This document shows, piece after piece, positions 48,489 through 57,430 of a stretch of DNA of 64,000 bases; the first letter of the stretch is position 1; every line of letters starts with the position of its first letter. The DNA is from an uncultured Candidatus Saccharibacteria bacterium (GTDB taxonomy: Bacteria; Patescibacteriota; UBA1384; XYA2-FULL-43-10; 1-14-0-10-43-13), in assembly GCA_964364265.1 (NCBI GenBank), contig CAYILA010000004.1:9126-73125 (forward strand). The letters run 5' to 3'. A program made the translations under genes and the position numbers. The notes below the pieces were generated by a model, which had not been told where the DNA came from, searched no databases, and worked only from the letters and a program-made list of their open reading frames with translations.

Positions 48489-48992
48489 TTAAAATCTCAA
48501 GAAGCGATTAAAGAAATCTCCGACATCTTCGCCTCTCGGTTCCTCTTCCGGAAGATGTTTGACGAGCAACTCTCGAACCTTATCGATATCTATCTTTTCA
48601 AGAGGCATCGTGATCTCGCCGGATAATCTGCCCAGGAGTTTGAATTTAATCTTCGGGATTTCGCCGGTTGTCAGCCAGAATGATTTGAACTGCTCATACT
48701 TGTACGGCTTTGATTCGATAATGACTCCCTGCTGGAATATCTCGCAATGAATTTCTTTAGGTTTGACTACCGACATAATGGCGAAAACGGCCGTGGCCGC
48801 AACGACTACAATCGAACCGCTCAATTGGCCGAAATAGTAAAGTCCGGCCGCAATGACGATGCCGGCCAGAGAAACCAACACATACCAATTATTGCTCTTG
48901 CTGTAATGAACATACTCTGCCGAATCCCATGAGAGAATTGGTTTCTGCATCTGCTCGTTCAATTTCTTGTCTTCAATCTTTTCTTCAGCCAT
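48489..48992 (-). CDS. Two-TM hypothetical protein
   Basis: W...EY.HY.KS.NWY, two TM helices, Y.QFKSFW; GGAGG RBS. Confidence 0.8.
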   Translation of the reverse strand: MAEEKIEDKKLNEQMQKPILSWDSAEYVHYSKSNNWYVLVSLAGIVIAAGLYYFGQLSGSIVVVAATAVFAIMSVVKPKEIHCEIFQQGVIIESKPYKYEQFKSFWLTTGEIPKIKFKLLGRLSGEITMPLEKIDIDKVRELLVKHLPEEEPRGEDVGDFFNRFLRF

Positions 48993-49050
48993 ATTTCCTC
49001 CTTTTATGTGAATGGCGGGACGCTAAGCGTCCCTTTCGCCACGCTTAGCG

Positions 49051-49143
49051 TGGCGGAGAGAATGGGATTCGAACCCATGTGGCGGCTTTTAGACCACCGA
49101 CGGTTTAGCAAACCGTTCCCTTAAGCCTCTCGGGCATCTCTCC
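49051..49143 (-). tRNA. tRNA-Ser(GCT)
   Basis: acggt-ttGCTaa-accgt, long variable arm, encoded CCA. Confidence 0.95.
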
Positions 49144-49147
49144 ATAA

Positions 49148-49390
49148 TTATTTCATTAATCTTTTGAAAGCTTCACCGCCTTTATAAGATTTGATTTGTT
49201 TTTCCCGTCTCATCGCTTCTGACCTTGTTTCAAAGATCTCCGTGTATTTGACTATCCAAGGAATGCCGTTCTTAGTAGACCGAGTCATGCCATCGTTGTG
49301 TCTCTCTAATCTGACTGTCATATCCTCGCACGATCCGATATAAAATCTTCCGTGTTTTTTACTTTGAATCACATAAGCATAAAACGACAT
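49148..49390 (-). CDS. Stand-alone GIY-YIG nuclease
   Basis: YAYVIQS...FYIGS...RLERHN...EAMRREKQIKS. Confidence 0.93.
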   Translation of the reverse strand: MSFYAYVIQSKKHGRFYIGSCEDMTVRLERHNDGMTRSTKNGIPWIVKYTEIFETRSEAMRREKQIKSYKGGEAFKRLMK

Positions 49391-49395
49391 ATAAT

Positions 49396-49448
49396 CCACC
49401 GACGGTTTAGTCCCGCCAACGGCGGGATTCCCTTATCCGCATCTCTCC
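49396..49448 (-). pseudogene. Degenerate 5' half of tRNA-Ser(GCT) with a hairpin in the anticodon arm
   Basis: ccaccgacggtttag[tcccgccaacggcggga]ttccctta...gcatctctcc matches 49094-49143. Confidence 0.85.
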
Positions 49449-49633
49449 ATTTGTAACACTAAACAAGAGAACTTTGCTATGTTCCCGGTTGCTTGGCTCT
49501 TGTTTTCAGTAACCAAATTACCACAAGTTGACATAATTGTATACTGCAGATGCGTAGTAGTGAGTGCGTACCAAAATATTTCACTTATCTAATTCTTGAC
49601 GGCAGTACTACGGAATAGTATATAATCAAACCC

Positions 49634-50158
49634 ATGAAGAAATTACTCCTAATTGCATTATTGAGTTCTGGTTTTGTACCGCTCTCTGCAGGTCAAGCTT
49701 ACGCCCAATGTCCTGTCTGCACCGCCGCCGCGCTGGGCGGCGTCGGCCTGGCCAGGTGGCTGAAAATTGATGATCTGGTGACCGGACTCTGGGTCGGCGG
49801 GGCTCTTGCCTCAACCACAGCCTGGACAATCAACTGGCTAAACAAGAAGAATATCAAATTTGTAGGCAGGAAGATTCTTATAGCTCTCATCACTTACGGA
49901 TTCGTCCTTGTTCCTTTCCACTACAAGGGGATTATCACTCACCCGCGCAATAAATACATCGGCGATTTTTACCTCGGAATCGATAAACTGGTCCTTGGGA
50001 TAATTATCGGCACTATTTTTCTGGCCGTAGCTGTCATGGCTTACGAAACGGTCAAGAGAAAGAACGCCGGCCACGCCCATTTCCCATTCGAAAAAGTTGC
50101 TTTCCCGATCGGCGCTTTGGCAATAATGAGCGTCATATTTTATTTCATAACCAAATAG
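49634..50158 (+). CDS. Membrane protein with CPVC motif
   Basis: Signal-like N-terminus, AQCPVCT, about 4-5 TM helices. Confidence 0.8.
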   Translation: MKKLLLIALLSSGFVPLSAGQAYAQCPVCTAAALGGVGLARWLKIDDLVTGLWVGGALASTTAWTINWLNKKNIKFVGRKILIALITYGFVLVPFHYKGIITHPRNKYIGDFYLGIDKLVLGIIIGTIFLAVAVMAYETVKRKNAGHAHFPFEKVAFPIGALAIMSVIFYFITK

Positions 50159-50165
50159 GAACAAG

Positions 50166-50687
50166 ATGGCGATATCCAATCCAGACGACCTGCTCAAAAA
50201 AATCAAATTAAGCAAAGAGAACAAGCTCGACCTTTCGGCCGATGAAGACCTTTCAATTGCTATCATGAACTTGATCTCAATCGAGGAGCACTTCTTCTTC
50301 ACCGCCAAGAAAACCGGCAAAGCCAAGTATTTTGATCTGCTCAAAGAAGTTCGCGAGATGCGGAAAGACCTGCTAAAAAGAATTGTGAAGGACTCCGAAG
50401 GCGAGGTCTGGTGCATCTCCAAGCACCTTTTAGCTTCATCGATGCGCCTGATGGAGGTCGGGACTAAGGAGCTAGGTCGCGGCCGCAAAAAAGAAGCCGA
50501 GGATTTATTCGAAAAGGCCTATAATCTTTATTCCCTGTTCTGGGGCATCAACTTGAATGCTATCGACATTGGAGATGTCAAAAAGATCGACGACGATAAA
50601 ATTGATAAAAACGATACTAAAAAGAACTCCGTAATGAGTAAATTGGGAAGTTTAGTAAAGCGCGCGATAGACTGTTGCATAGAATAA
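50166..50687 (+). CDS. Conserved hypothetical protein ending in CCIE
   Basis: MNLISIEEH, WCISKHLL; 7 nt after the upstream gene. Confidence 0.8.
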   Translation: MAISNPDDLLKKIKLSKENKLDLSADEDLSIAIMNLISIEEHFFFTAKKTGKAKYFDLLKEVREMRKDLLKRIVKDSEGEVWCISKHLLASSMRLMEVGTKELGRGRKKEAEDLFEKAYNLYSLFWGINLNAIDIGDVKKIDDDKIDKNDTKKNSVMSKLGSLVKRAIDCCIE

Positions 50688-50739
50688 ATCTGTCTTGCCC
50701 TGCGTAGCTCGAAGAGCGAAGTGGGGTTGCATAGAATAA

Positions 50740-51717
50740 CTAATATGGAGCTGGGATCAAGTTGGCGATTATTTTGATGATCGTGTCCTTATCTTTTGGG
50801 TTGCTGATAGCCACCAGTAATGCCAAAGCGACCAAAGTATCTTTGTCGATGCGCAGGAAACCATTTTGATCTAAATAATAGACGAATAGAAGCGAGGCAA
50901 TCCGTTTGTTGCCGTCAAAGAACGGGTGGTCTTTGACCACAAAGTAGAGCAGATGAGATGCTTTCTCGGCTGCAGTCGGATAAAGATCCACCCCATCAAA
51001 ACTTTGATATAAGTTGCCGATAATGCCAGGCAAGCGGTCACCATTATCGCGGCCAAAAAGATCGCCGGCCTCTTTTTTTGATGTGAGGTCATTTTTCAGT
51101 TCCGCTATGATTTTCTGGCAATCTTCATATTCAAGGTGATATTTGCCTTTCGTTCCCTTCGGAAGTTTAAGATTCCCTTCGTCATATTTGTACAACAAAG
51201 AAAACGAATCGGTGTAGTTGTCGATAATTTGAATCAGATCACCCTTTTTGCCTTCCAGCAAATCCGAATCGGCTGAATTCCGGATGAATTTGATAGCGTT
51301 TTGCAGTTCCAGGAATGCTTGCCTTTGCTCAAGCAGACGCTTCTCGTTGACGGCATAGCCCTTCACCAGATAATCCCGCAGTATTTTATTCGCCCAGATA
51401 CGGAATTGCGTCCCTTGTTTTGATTTGACGCGAAAACCGACCGAAATGATGACATCGAGATTGTAATACGCCACCTCGTATGTTTTCCCGTCCGCAGCAG
51501 TTGTTGCAAATTTTGCAACAACTGAATTCTTGGATAGTTCTTTCTCGCGAAAGATATTGCTGATGTGCCGTGAAATTACCGACTTATCACGACAGAAAAG
51601 TTCGGCCATCTGGTCTAAACTTAGCCAAACCGTTTCACCGAGTAATCTAACTTCAATCTTCGCTTTGCCTAAAGCATAGATTTTAACTTCACCCTTTTTG
51701 AGTTCTTCCTTTTTCAT
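50740..51717 (-). CDS. RhuM / Fic-DOC family protein
   Basis: TVWLSLDQMAELF, YNLDVIISVG.RV.S..GTQFRIWA, HPFFDGNKRIA. Confidence 0.93.
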   Translation of the reverse strand: MKKEELKKGEVKIYALGKAKIEVRLLGETVWLSLDQMAELFCRDKSVISRHISNIFREKELSKNSVVAKFATTAADGKTYEVAYYNLDVIISVGFRVKSKQGTQFRIWANKILRDYLVKGYAVNEKRLLEQRQAFLELQNAIKFIRNSADSDLLEGKKGDLIQIIDNYTDSFSLLYKYDEGNLKLPKGTKGKYHLEYEDCQKIIAELKNDLTSKKEAGDLFGRDNGDRLPGIIGNLYQSFDGVDLYPTAAEKASHLLYFVVKDHPFFDGNKRIASLLFVYYLDQNGFLRIDKDTLVALALLVAISNPKDKDTIIKIIANLIPAPY

Positions 51718-51837
51718 AACACCCCTCCTTAAATATTAAGACGATCATACCGAACATATACCAAACATGTCAACACATAGTTATAGAAAAGGCGGCTGGC
51801 TGGAGATAAGCTCCAACACAGCCGCCTGAATTGCGGT

Positions 51838-52047
51838 TCACCCGCCGCGTTTTGCCGCCGCCCGTTTGAACGAGCGGCGCACTCGCAAGGGAACAAATGT
51901 TTCCGGGTTGCTTCTGCAAGTCCCCGGGCAAGGACAGAGTGTTTTAACCTGATAACCCGAGGCATTGGGCATATACCGAACATGAATATGCCCGTCGCAA
52001 TATACGGCAGACAAGCCGTATGCTGCTCGCTCAATCATCTGAACCAT
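51838..52047 (-). CDS. Small Cys/His-containing orphan protein (69 aa)
   Basis: GAGGAGG RBS, TTGACT-18-TACTAT promoter at 52084-52113, terminator ggcggctg...cagccgcc at about 51790-51826. Confidence 0.55.
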   Translation of the reverse strand: MVQMIERAAYGLSAVYCDGHIHVRYMPNASGYQVKTLCPCPGTCRSNPETFVPLRVRRSFKRAAAKRGG

Positions 52048-52162
52048 CGAGACCTCCTCTCAAGGGCGCGTCCAGTCGAAATGATAGTACATTATGGCTC
52101 TCAAATTAGTCAACAAAAAAGCTGGGTGACCGCAAGGTTAAAAGGCTCTTTTCCTATTGATA

Positions 52163-52254
52163 GTTCTCGACCCCGCCTTGGCGGGGCTCGAACAATAATG
52201 AAGCTGGATTCCCGCTGGAGTTTATCCCGTACTCCGATACGGGGCGGGAATGAC
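52163..52254. repeat. GTTCTCGA...TCGAAC element and ATGAC half element with nested hairpins
   Basis: gttctcga[ccccgccttggcgggg]ctcgaac is the reverse complement of 53968-53999; gattcccgc...gcgggaatgac. Confidence 0.8.
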
Positions 52255-52270
52255 TCGACAAAATATCGCC

Positions 52271-53521
52271 TTAAATTTTCCCTCGTAACTTGGCGGCGGA
52301 GAGGATGCGTTTCATAGCTATAATGTAGGCCGCGGTGCGGTAGTCGGTTTTTGATTCCTTCGCCTGATCGGAAACCCGCTTCCAGGCGTCTTTCATCATT
52401 AGTTCAAGCTTCTTCTTCAGGTACTCCGGATCAAGGATATTTCCGGTCCGATTCTGCGCCCACTCAAAGTAGGAGACAACCACGCCTCCGGCGTTGGCTA
52501 GGATATCAGGAACGATCGCCACACCTTTTTCAAACAATATCTTGTCCGCTTCAGGCGTAATTGGCCCGTTTGCAAGTTCAATTATGTACTTGGCTTTAAT
52601 CTTGCCGGCGTTCTCCTTCGTAATCTGATTTTCAAGCGCCGCCAATATCAGGACATCAACATCCAATTCCAATAATTCATCATTGGAAATCTGCCGGCCC
52701 ATTGGACATTCACAGCTTTTGACGGTACCCTCTTTTTCCTTCAAAGCCGTTAGTTTATCAAAGCAGATCTTTTTTTGGCAGTTCATCCCCCCTCGGCTGT
52801 CCGAAACGCCGACTATCCGGTATCCGGCATCAAGGAGCATCTTGGCAAAGTTATGCCCGGCGTTGCCGAACCCTTGAATTGCGATTTTTAAGTCCTTTTT
52901 ATTCGTAAGATCCCTCGACTTCGCTCGGGATGACAGGGAGGAGATAAGCTCCTCGAATATTAGATAGGCACCGCGCGCAGTTGAATCCGATCGCAAAGCG
53001 ATTCCGCCAAGGTCGATTGGCTTGCCGGTTATCATCCCCGGCTCATGATGCCCGACTTTCTTCTCGTATTCATCCAAAATCCAAGCCATAATCTGGCCGT
53101 CGGTATAAACATCTGGCGCCGGTATATCGGTGTCCTGTCCCAAGACCTTGTAGAAGGCGCGAGAATAGCTTCTGGAAACTTTTTCTAGGTATTTTTGGCT
53201 CTTGCCCTTCGGATTAAATTTCACTCCGCCTTTTGCGCCGCCGTACGGGAGACCAAGCAAAGAATTTTTCATACTCATCCAAAATGAGAGCGATTTGACC
53301 TCGTCTTCCGATACTTCGGGGTGAAATCTGATCCCGCCCTTGCCCGGTCCCAAATCATTGTTGTGAACAATTCGCCAACTCGGCAGCTTATCGCCTTCAA
53401 TATTCAATATCGATTTGCTGACCTGATGGTGCTTTAATAAATATTTGATCTCGTTGTCATTAAATCCGGCAATATCTTTAATTTTATCTAATCTATCAAT
53501 AATCGAGTTGAATGTGGACAT
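52271..53521 (-). CDS. gdhA: Glu/Leu/Phe/Val dehydrogenase (glutamate dehydrogenase)
   Basis: GPGKGGIRFHP, GGAKGG, DIPAPD, QGFGNAG, ELANGP, NAGGVVVSYFEW. Confidence 0.93.
   Translation of the reverse strand: MSTFNSIIDRLDKIKDIAGFNDNEIKYLLKHHQVSKSILNIEGDKLPSWRIVHNNDLGPGKGGIRFHPEVSEDEVKSLSFWMSMKNSLLGLPYGGAKGGVKFNPKGKSQKYLEKVSRSYSRAFYKVLGQDTDIPAPDVYTDGQIMAWILDEYEKKVGHHEPGMITGKPIDLGGIALRSDSTARGAYLIFEELISSLSSRAKSRDLTNKKDLKIAIQGFGNAGHNFAKMLLDAGYRIVGVSDSRGGMNCQKKICFDKLTALKEKEGTVKSCECPMGRQISNDELLELDVDVLILAALENQITKENAGKIKAKYIIELANGPITPEADKILFEKGVAIVPDILANAGGVVVSYFEWAQNRTGNILDPEYLKKKLELMMKDAWKRVSDQAKESKTDYRTAAYIIAMKRILSAAKLRGKI
52908..52934. repeat. In-frame ATGAC half element in gdhA
   Basis: agatccctcgacttcgctcgggatgac, 27 nt (LSSRAKSRDL). 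Confidence 0.85.
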
Positions 53522-53570
53522 AAAACCTTATTTATAGTTAATCAGCTTACCTGCTTACCAGCTGTTACGC

Positions 53571-53903
53571 TTATTTCACTGCCTCCAATATTTTTTCTTT
53601 CAGATCGGCAGCCGGGCGGGCGCCGGTAATTTCCGATACTACTTTGCCTCCCTTGAAAACCCGCAAATTTGGCACGCTCATTATCCGTAATTCGTTCGCC
53701 AAATCCATATTCTCGTCTTTGTCTATTTGCAACTTGGCAATCTTCACAACACCCTCTAGTCCCTTGTCCTTCGCAAGTTCGTCGATAATCGGGTTCATCA
53801 TCTGGCAGGGCTGGCACCAGCTCGCCCAAAAGTCTACAAAAACAGGCGCTTCTGAATCAAGCACCTCTGTCTTAAAGTTTTTTGCATCCAGTTCTATTGG
53901 CAT
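53571..53903 (-). CDS. trxA: Thioredoxin
   Basis: VDFWASWCQPC. Confidence 0.95.
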   Translation of the reverse strand: MPIELDAKNFKTEVLDSEAPVFVDFWASWCQPCQMMNPIIDELAKDKGLEGVVKIAKLQIDKDENMDLANELRIMSVPNLRVFKGGKVVSEITGARPAADLKEKILEAVK

Positions 53904-53910
53904 ATAGTCT

Positions 53911-54068
53911 CCTAACTCCTACTAAATTACGAATTTATTCAAAATTACGAAATTACGAATTATTTATTGTTCGAGCCCCGCCAAGGCGGGGTCGAGAACT
54001 ATCTCTAATATGATCTCGACATTACATGCCTACCGATAGGCAGACCTGCCTGCGGCAGGCAGGTTCGA
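53911..54068. repeat. Cluster of TTACGAA arm, GTTCGAGC element and two cctgcc hairpins
   Basis: gttcgagccccgccaaggcggggtcgagaac; catgcctaccgataggcaga; cctgcctgcggcaggcagg (54045-54063). Confidence 0.8.
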
Positions 54069-54247
54069 AGAATAAGTAATAGATATTTTAACAATAGATT
54101 GGAAACAATACAATACAAAAAGTTATCAACAACAAAACTTAAACCAACATGTAAAATAAATTTATATCCTCTAAAATTGGCTTCTGCTCTAATCAATTAA
54201 AAAACTATCTTTTGTGTTTGCAAAAACAAGTTGTCGCGGTAATAACT

Positions 54248-54448
54248 TTATGCCTCTTTTTCTTTGCTCCAGAAGGCAACTGCGACATAGATTGCCGCTA
54301 GGCCGACAAGCGTGTAAACGACTCTAGTCACCGTTGACAGATCACCAAATATTGCCGCGACCAAATCATACTTGAACAAGCCGACAAGTCCCCAGTTCAA
54401 CCCGCCGATTATCAAAAGAACGATTGATGTTACGTACATTTTTTTCAC
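54248..54448 (-). CDS. DUF378 family small membrane protein
   Basis: LLIIGGLNWGLVGLF.YDLVAAIFG...RVVYTLVGLAA. Confidence 0.92.
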   Translation of the reverse strand: MKKMYVTSIVLLIIGGLNWGLVGLFKYDLVAAIFGDLSTVTRVVYTLVGLAAIYVAVAFWSKEKEA

Positions 54449-54544
54449 CTCCCTTCGTAACTTAATGATTTAATTATATCACTACCTGCAATAATTAAAA
54501 CAATATCTGGTAATTTATGCCGTTTTATTGTAGAATCATTCGAC

Positions 54545-55840
54545 ATGAAGAAAGTATTTATTGCAATGAGCGGTGGGGTAGACAGTTCTGTGGCCGCGGC
54601 TCTCCTCAAAGATCAGGGATACGATGTTACCGGCGTATTCATGAAGTTCTGGAGCCCCAACTTCGCTTCCGCCTCCGGCGGAGCTTCGCTGGGCGAGCCC
54701 GACGACAATCAGAGCTCTTTTTGCCTATGGAAGAAGGAGCGCGAAGATGCCCTGCGCGTCGCCGCCATCATAGATATTCCACTTTTAACTTGGGATTTCA
54801 CTAAGGAATACGAGAGTAAGGTTGTTGATTATATGATTGATGCCTACAAACAGGGTATAACTCCCAATCCCGATCTGATGTGTAACAAAGAGATCAAGTT
54901 CGGAATGTTCTTTAATAAAGCTCTTGCCGAAGGCGCCGATTTAATCGCGACCGGACATTACGCGCAAATTAGAATTAAGAATCAAGAATTAAGAATCAAG
55001 GGTAGTTGTCATTCCTGCGAAAGCAGGAATCTTAAGATCCCTGATCTAGTCAGGGATGACAGTCATAACGGATACGAACTGTTAAAGGCGAAAGATCTCA
55101 ATAAAGATCAAAGCTATTTCCTATACACGCTTAACCAGAAACATCTAAGCAAGACCTTGTTCCCAATCGGAAAATACACCAAACCACAAGTGCGTGAACT
55201 TGCAAAGAAGTTCGGTCTCCCGACAGCCGAGAAGAAGGATAGCCAGGGCGTCTGCTTTATCGGACCACTCAAAGTCAGGGAATTTCTGAAGGAGAGAATC
55301 AAACCGAAAAAAGGCAGCATAGTCAAAATTAGTAAATCAGCCCCGAAGGGGAGCCTTCGGCTCCATCAGCTAATCAGTAAATCAGTTATAAAATCTGATC
55401 CGCTTGTTTTTGGTACTCACGACGGAGTTTATTACTACACTATCGGCCAGCGGCACGGTATGGACATTAAAAACGGCGGCGGTCCATACTTTGTGACCAG
55501 AAAAGATGTTAAGAAAAATATTCTCTATGTCGGAGAAGAGAAAGATCTCTATTCCGATACGGCCATTGTGCCTAATGTAACTTGGGTTGGGGCAATGCCA
55601 ATACTACCCGCCGAAATTGGAGTTAAGATTAGGTATAGAAGCGAGTCCATTCCGTGTGTGCTGGAAAACAATGAAGCAATTGAACAATTGAACAATGACG
55701 GGCTTTGTACTGCTGAATCAGAGAGATATAATCATTCACTAAAACTACGATTTCATAAAAGAGCAAGAGCCATCACACCCGGACAGGCTGCTGTCTTCTA
55801 TGACGATGATAAAGTCCTCGGAGGCGGGACAATTATTTAA
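54545..55840 (+). CDS. mnmA: tRNA 2-thiouridylase MnmA with four repeat insertions
   Basis: MSGGVDSSV, TPNPDLMCN, ATGHYA, KDQSYFL, DSQGVCFIG, TIGQR, ITPGQ. Confidence 0.98.
   Translation: MKKVFIAMSGGVDSSVAAALLKDQGYDVTGVFMKFWSPNFASASGGASLGEPDDNQSSFCLWKKEREDALRVAAIIDIPLLTWDFTKEYESKVVDYMIDAYKQGITPNPDLMCNKEIKFGMFFNKALAEGADLIATGHYAQIRIKNQELRIKGSCHSCESRNLKIPDLVRDDSHNGYELLKAKDLNKDQSYFLYTLNQKHLSKTLFPIGKYTKPQVRELAKKFGLPTAEKKDSQGVCFIGPLKVREFLKERIKPKKGSIVKISKSAPKGSLRLHQLISKSVIKSDPLVFGTHDGVYYYTIGQRHGMDIKNGGGPYFVTRKDVKKNILYVGEEKDLYSDTAIVPNVTWVGAMPILPAEIGVKIRYRSESIPCVLENNEAIEQLNNDGLCTAESERYNHSLKLRFHKRARAITPGQAAVFYDDDKVLGGGTII
55008..55060. repeat. GTCAT...ATGAC element within mnmA, preceded by a heptamer array
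   Basis: agaatta/agaatca repeats at 54971-55000, then gtcattcctgcgaaagcaggaatct...agatccctgatctagtcagggatgac. Confidence 0.92.
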
Positions 55841-57401
55841 TCGGCAGGGAGAAGGCGAAGGTGCTGCCTTTGCCCTTTTCCGACTTCAGCCAGATATCAC
55901 CGCCGTGTAATTTAATGATGCTTTTGCAGATGTATAAGCTCAAACCGGTGCCCTGCTGTTCCTGCGGATGATCTTCGTCAAACCTTCCTGGCTGGTAGAA
56001 TTTCTCAAAGAGATGCTCTTGGTCGGTCTCGGAAATCCCGACGCCGCTGTCCGAGATGGAAATAACTACGCGGTCGTCCTCTAAGCGAGAGTTGATGATG
56101 ATTTTGCCTTTGGATGTGAACTTGTTGGCATTGCTGATTAAATTCTCCAGAACCTGCTTAATCTTGTCCCGATCAAAAGCAATTTTAACATTTAAATCTT
56201 TGAGACCGTAAAATTCCAGGACATTGTTATTCTTGACAATCTCGCGCTCAAAACCGGATGCGATATCCCTGACAAAACTATTAATATCCGTCTCAACCGG
56301 ACGAAGCTCAATCTTTTTCTGGTCAAGTTGTATTACATCAAGCGTGTCTTTCACCATCTTAGCCAGACGACCAGAATCGGCTAAAACGGGCAAAAGAAAC
56401 CTGCTCTGGTCGGGAGTCAAATGTGAAAGATTCTCGTGTATCGCCATATCGAGCCGACCGCGGATCGCCGTAATCGGCGTATTCAATTCGTGCGTCGCCA
56501 TATCGATAAACTCGTCTTTCATCTTGTCAAGCTTCTCCAGCTCCTCTTTATCCTTTTCGAGTTGGATATTTTTCTGCCGCAAAGCGGCGTTTGCCTTTGA
56601 TTCGGAAAGAACGGAGTTCACCAGCAAGGCGCTGCCAATCGCAATCATGCCCAATATCACAAATTCCAGCGTGCCGTGACTGATTGAAACCGATGCGATC
56701 GCCGCCAATATCAAAAGCAATGCCCAAACCTCGGAAAGCACGACGCGCGGTTCCCAAATGTGATGCTTGGTCGCCATATAGGCAGTCGCCATGCTCCAGG
56801 GTAAAATGGTGAGGGGGCCGTAGCCGGTGTAGTCGTAGATTTTCATCATCGGCAGAATCATATTAGTCAAAGTTGTAATTCCCAATGTAAAAGCAAATCC
56901 GGCCGAGAGATAATTCAATTGAACCCGTTTTATGCCGGTTAGGGTCTTATAACCGATATAAATTACCTTGATCAGCCAAGCAACATAAAAGAAATAAAGA
57001 ATTTCAAAAATCAGCAGGAGCGGTCCGGCTCCCTCGGTCACAATGCTCCCCTGTATTATCTCCATTTTAGGAAAGAGCATCCCCTCTGTCGGCGCCAGCA
57101 ATGCCACAACGAACGGCGGGGCGAATAAAAGCGTCGCCTGCCACTTTGCAATAATTCGACCGGCCAGCAGCTTCAAAAAGACAATGCAACTCGGTATCGC
57201 AAAAATGCCGAACGAGAAAGTCAGCCGGCCGAAGAAAGTGCTTTGATAGATTGAGGTCAAAACGATGCTGCCGGCCCAAAAAGCAAGCAGAAGCAAGGCC
57301 AAACATATCAGTTTATTCATAACCGACTTGCGGTTGGAAAATAACACCAAAAGGGCGATGACAAAAGTCGTGCCCACGCTGATTATTTCAATTATGGTCA
57401 A
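55833..57401 (-). CDS. Sensor histidine kinase with multi-TM N-terminus
   Basis: HELNTP, NLISNANKF, DSGVGI, GTGLSL. Confidence 0.95.
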   Translation of the reverse strand: MTIIEIISVGTTFVIALLVLFSNRKSVMNKLICLALLLLAFWAGSIVLTSIYQSTFFGRLTFSFGIFAIPSCIVFLKLLAGRIIAKWQATLLFAPPFVVALLAPTEGMLFPKMEIIQGSIVTEGAGPLLLIFEILYFFYVAWLIKVIYIGYKTLTGIKRVQLNYLSAGFAFTLGITTLTNMILPMMKIYDYTGYGPLTILPWSMATAYMATKHHIWEPRVVLSEVWALLLILAAIASVSISHGTLEFVILGMIAIGSALLVNSVLSESKANAALRQKNIQLEKDKEELEKLDKMKDEFIDMATHELNTPITAIRGRLDMAIHENLSHLTPDQSRFLLPVLADSGRLAKMVKDTLDVIQLDQKKIELRPVETDINSFVRDIASGFEREIVKNNNVLEFYGLKDLNVKIAFDRDKIKQVLENLISNANKFTSKGKIIINSRLEDDRVVISISDSGVGISETDQEHLFEKFYQPGRFDEDHPQEQQGTGLSLYICKSIIKLHGGDIWLKSEKGKGSTFAFSLPIK

Positions 57402-57430
57402 AATATTTTCGATACACCCCTCCTAGGCCT

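Noticed and set aside
50740-51717. RhuM-Fic and NYN genes as part of a novel defence island
   Set aside because: They are isolated, widespread accessory genes with no clustering or partner genes here.
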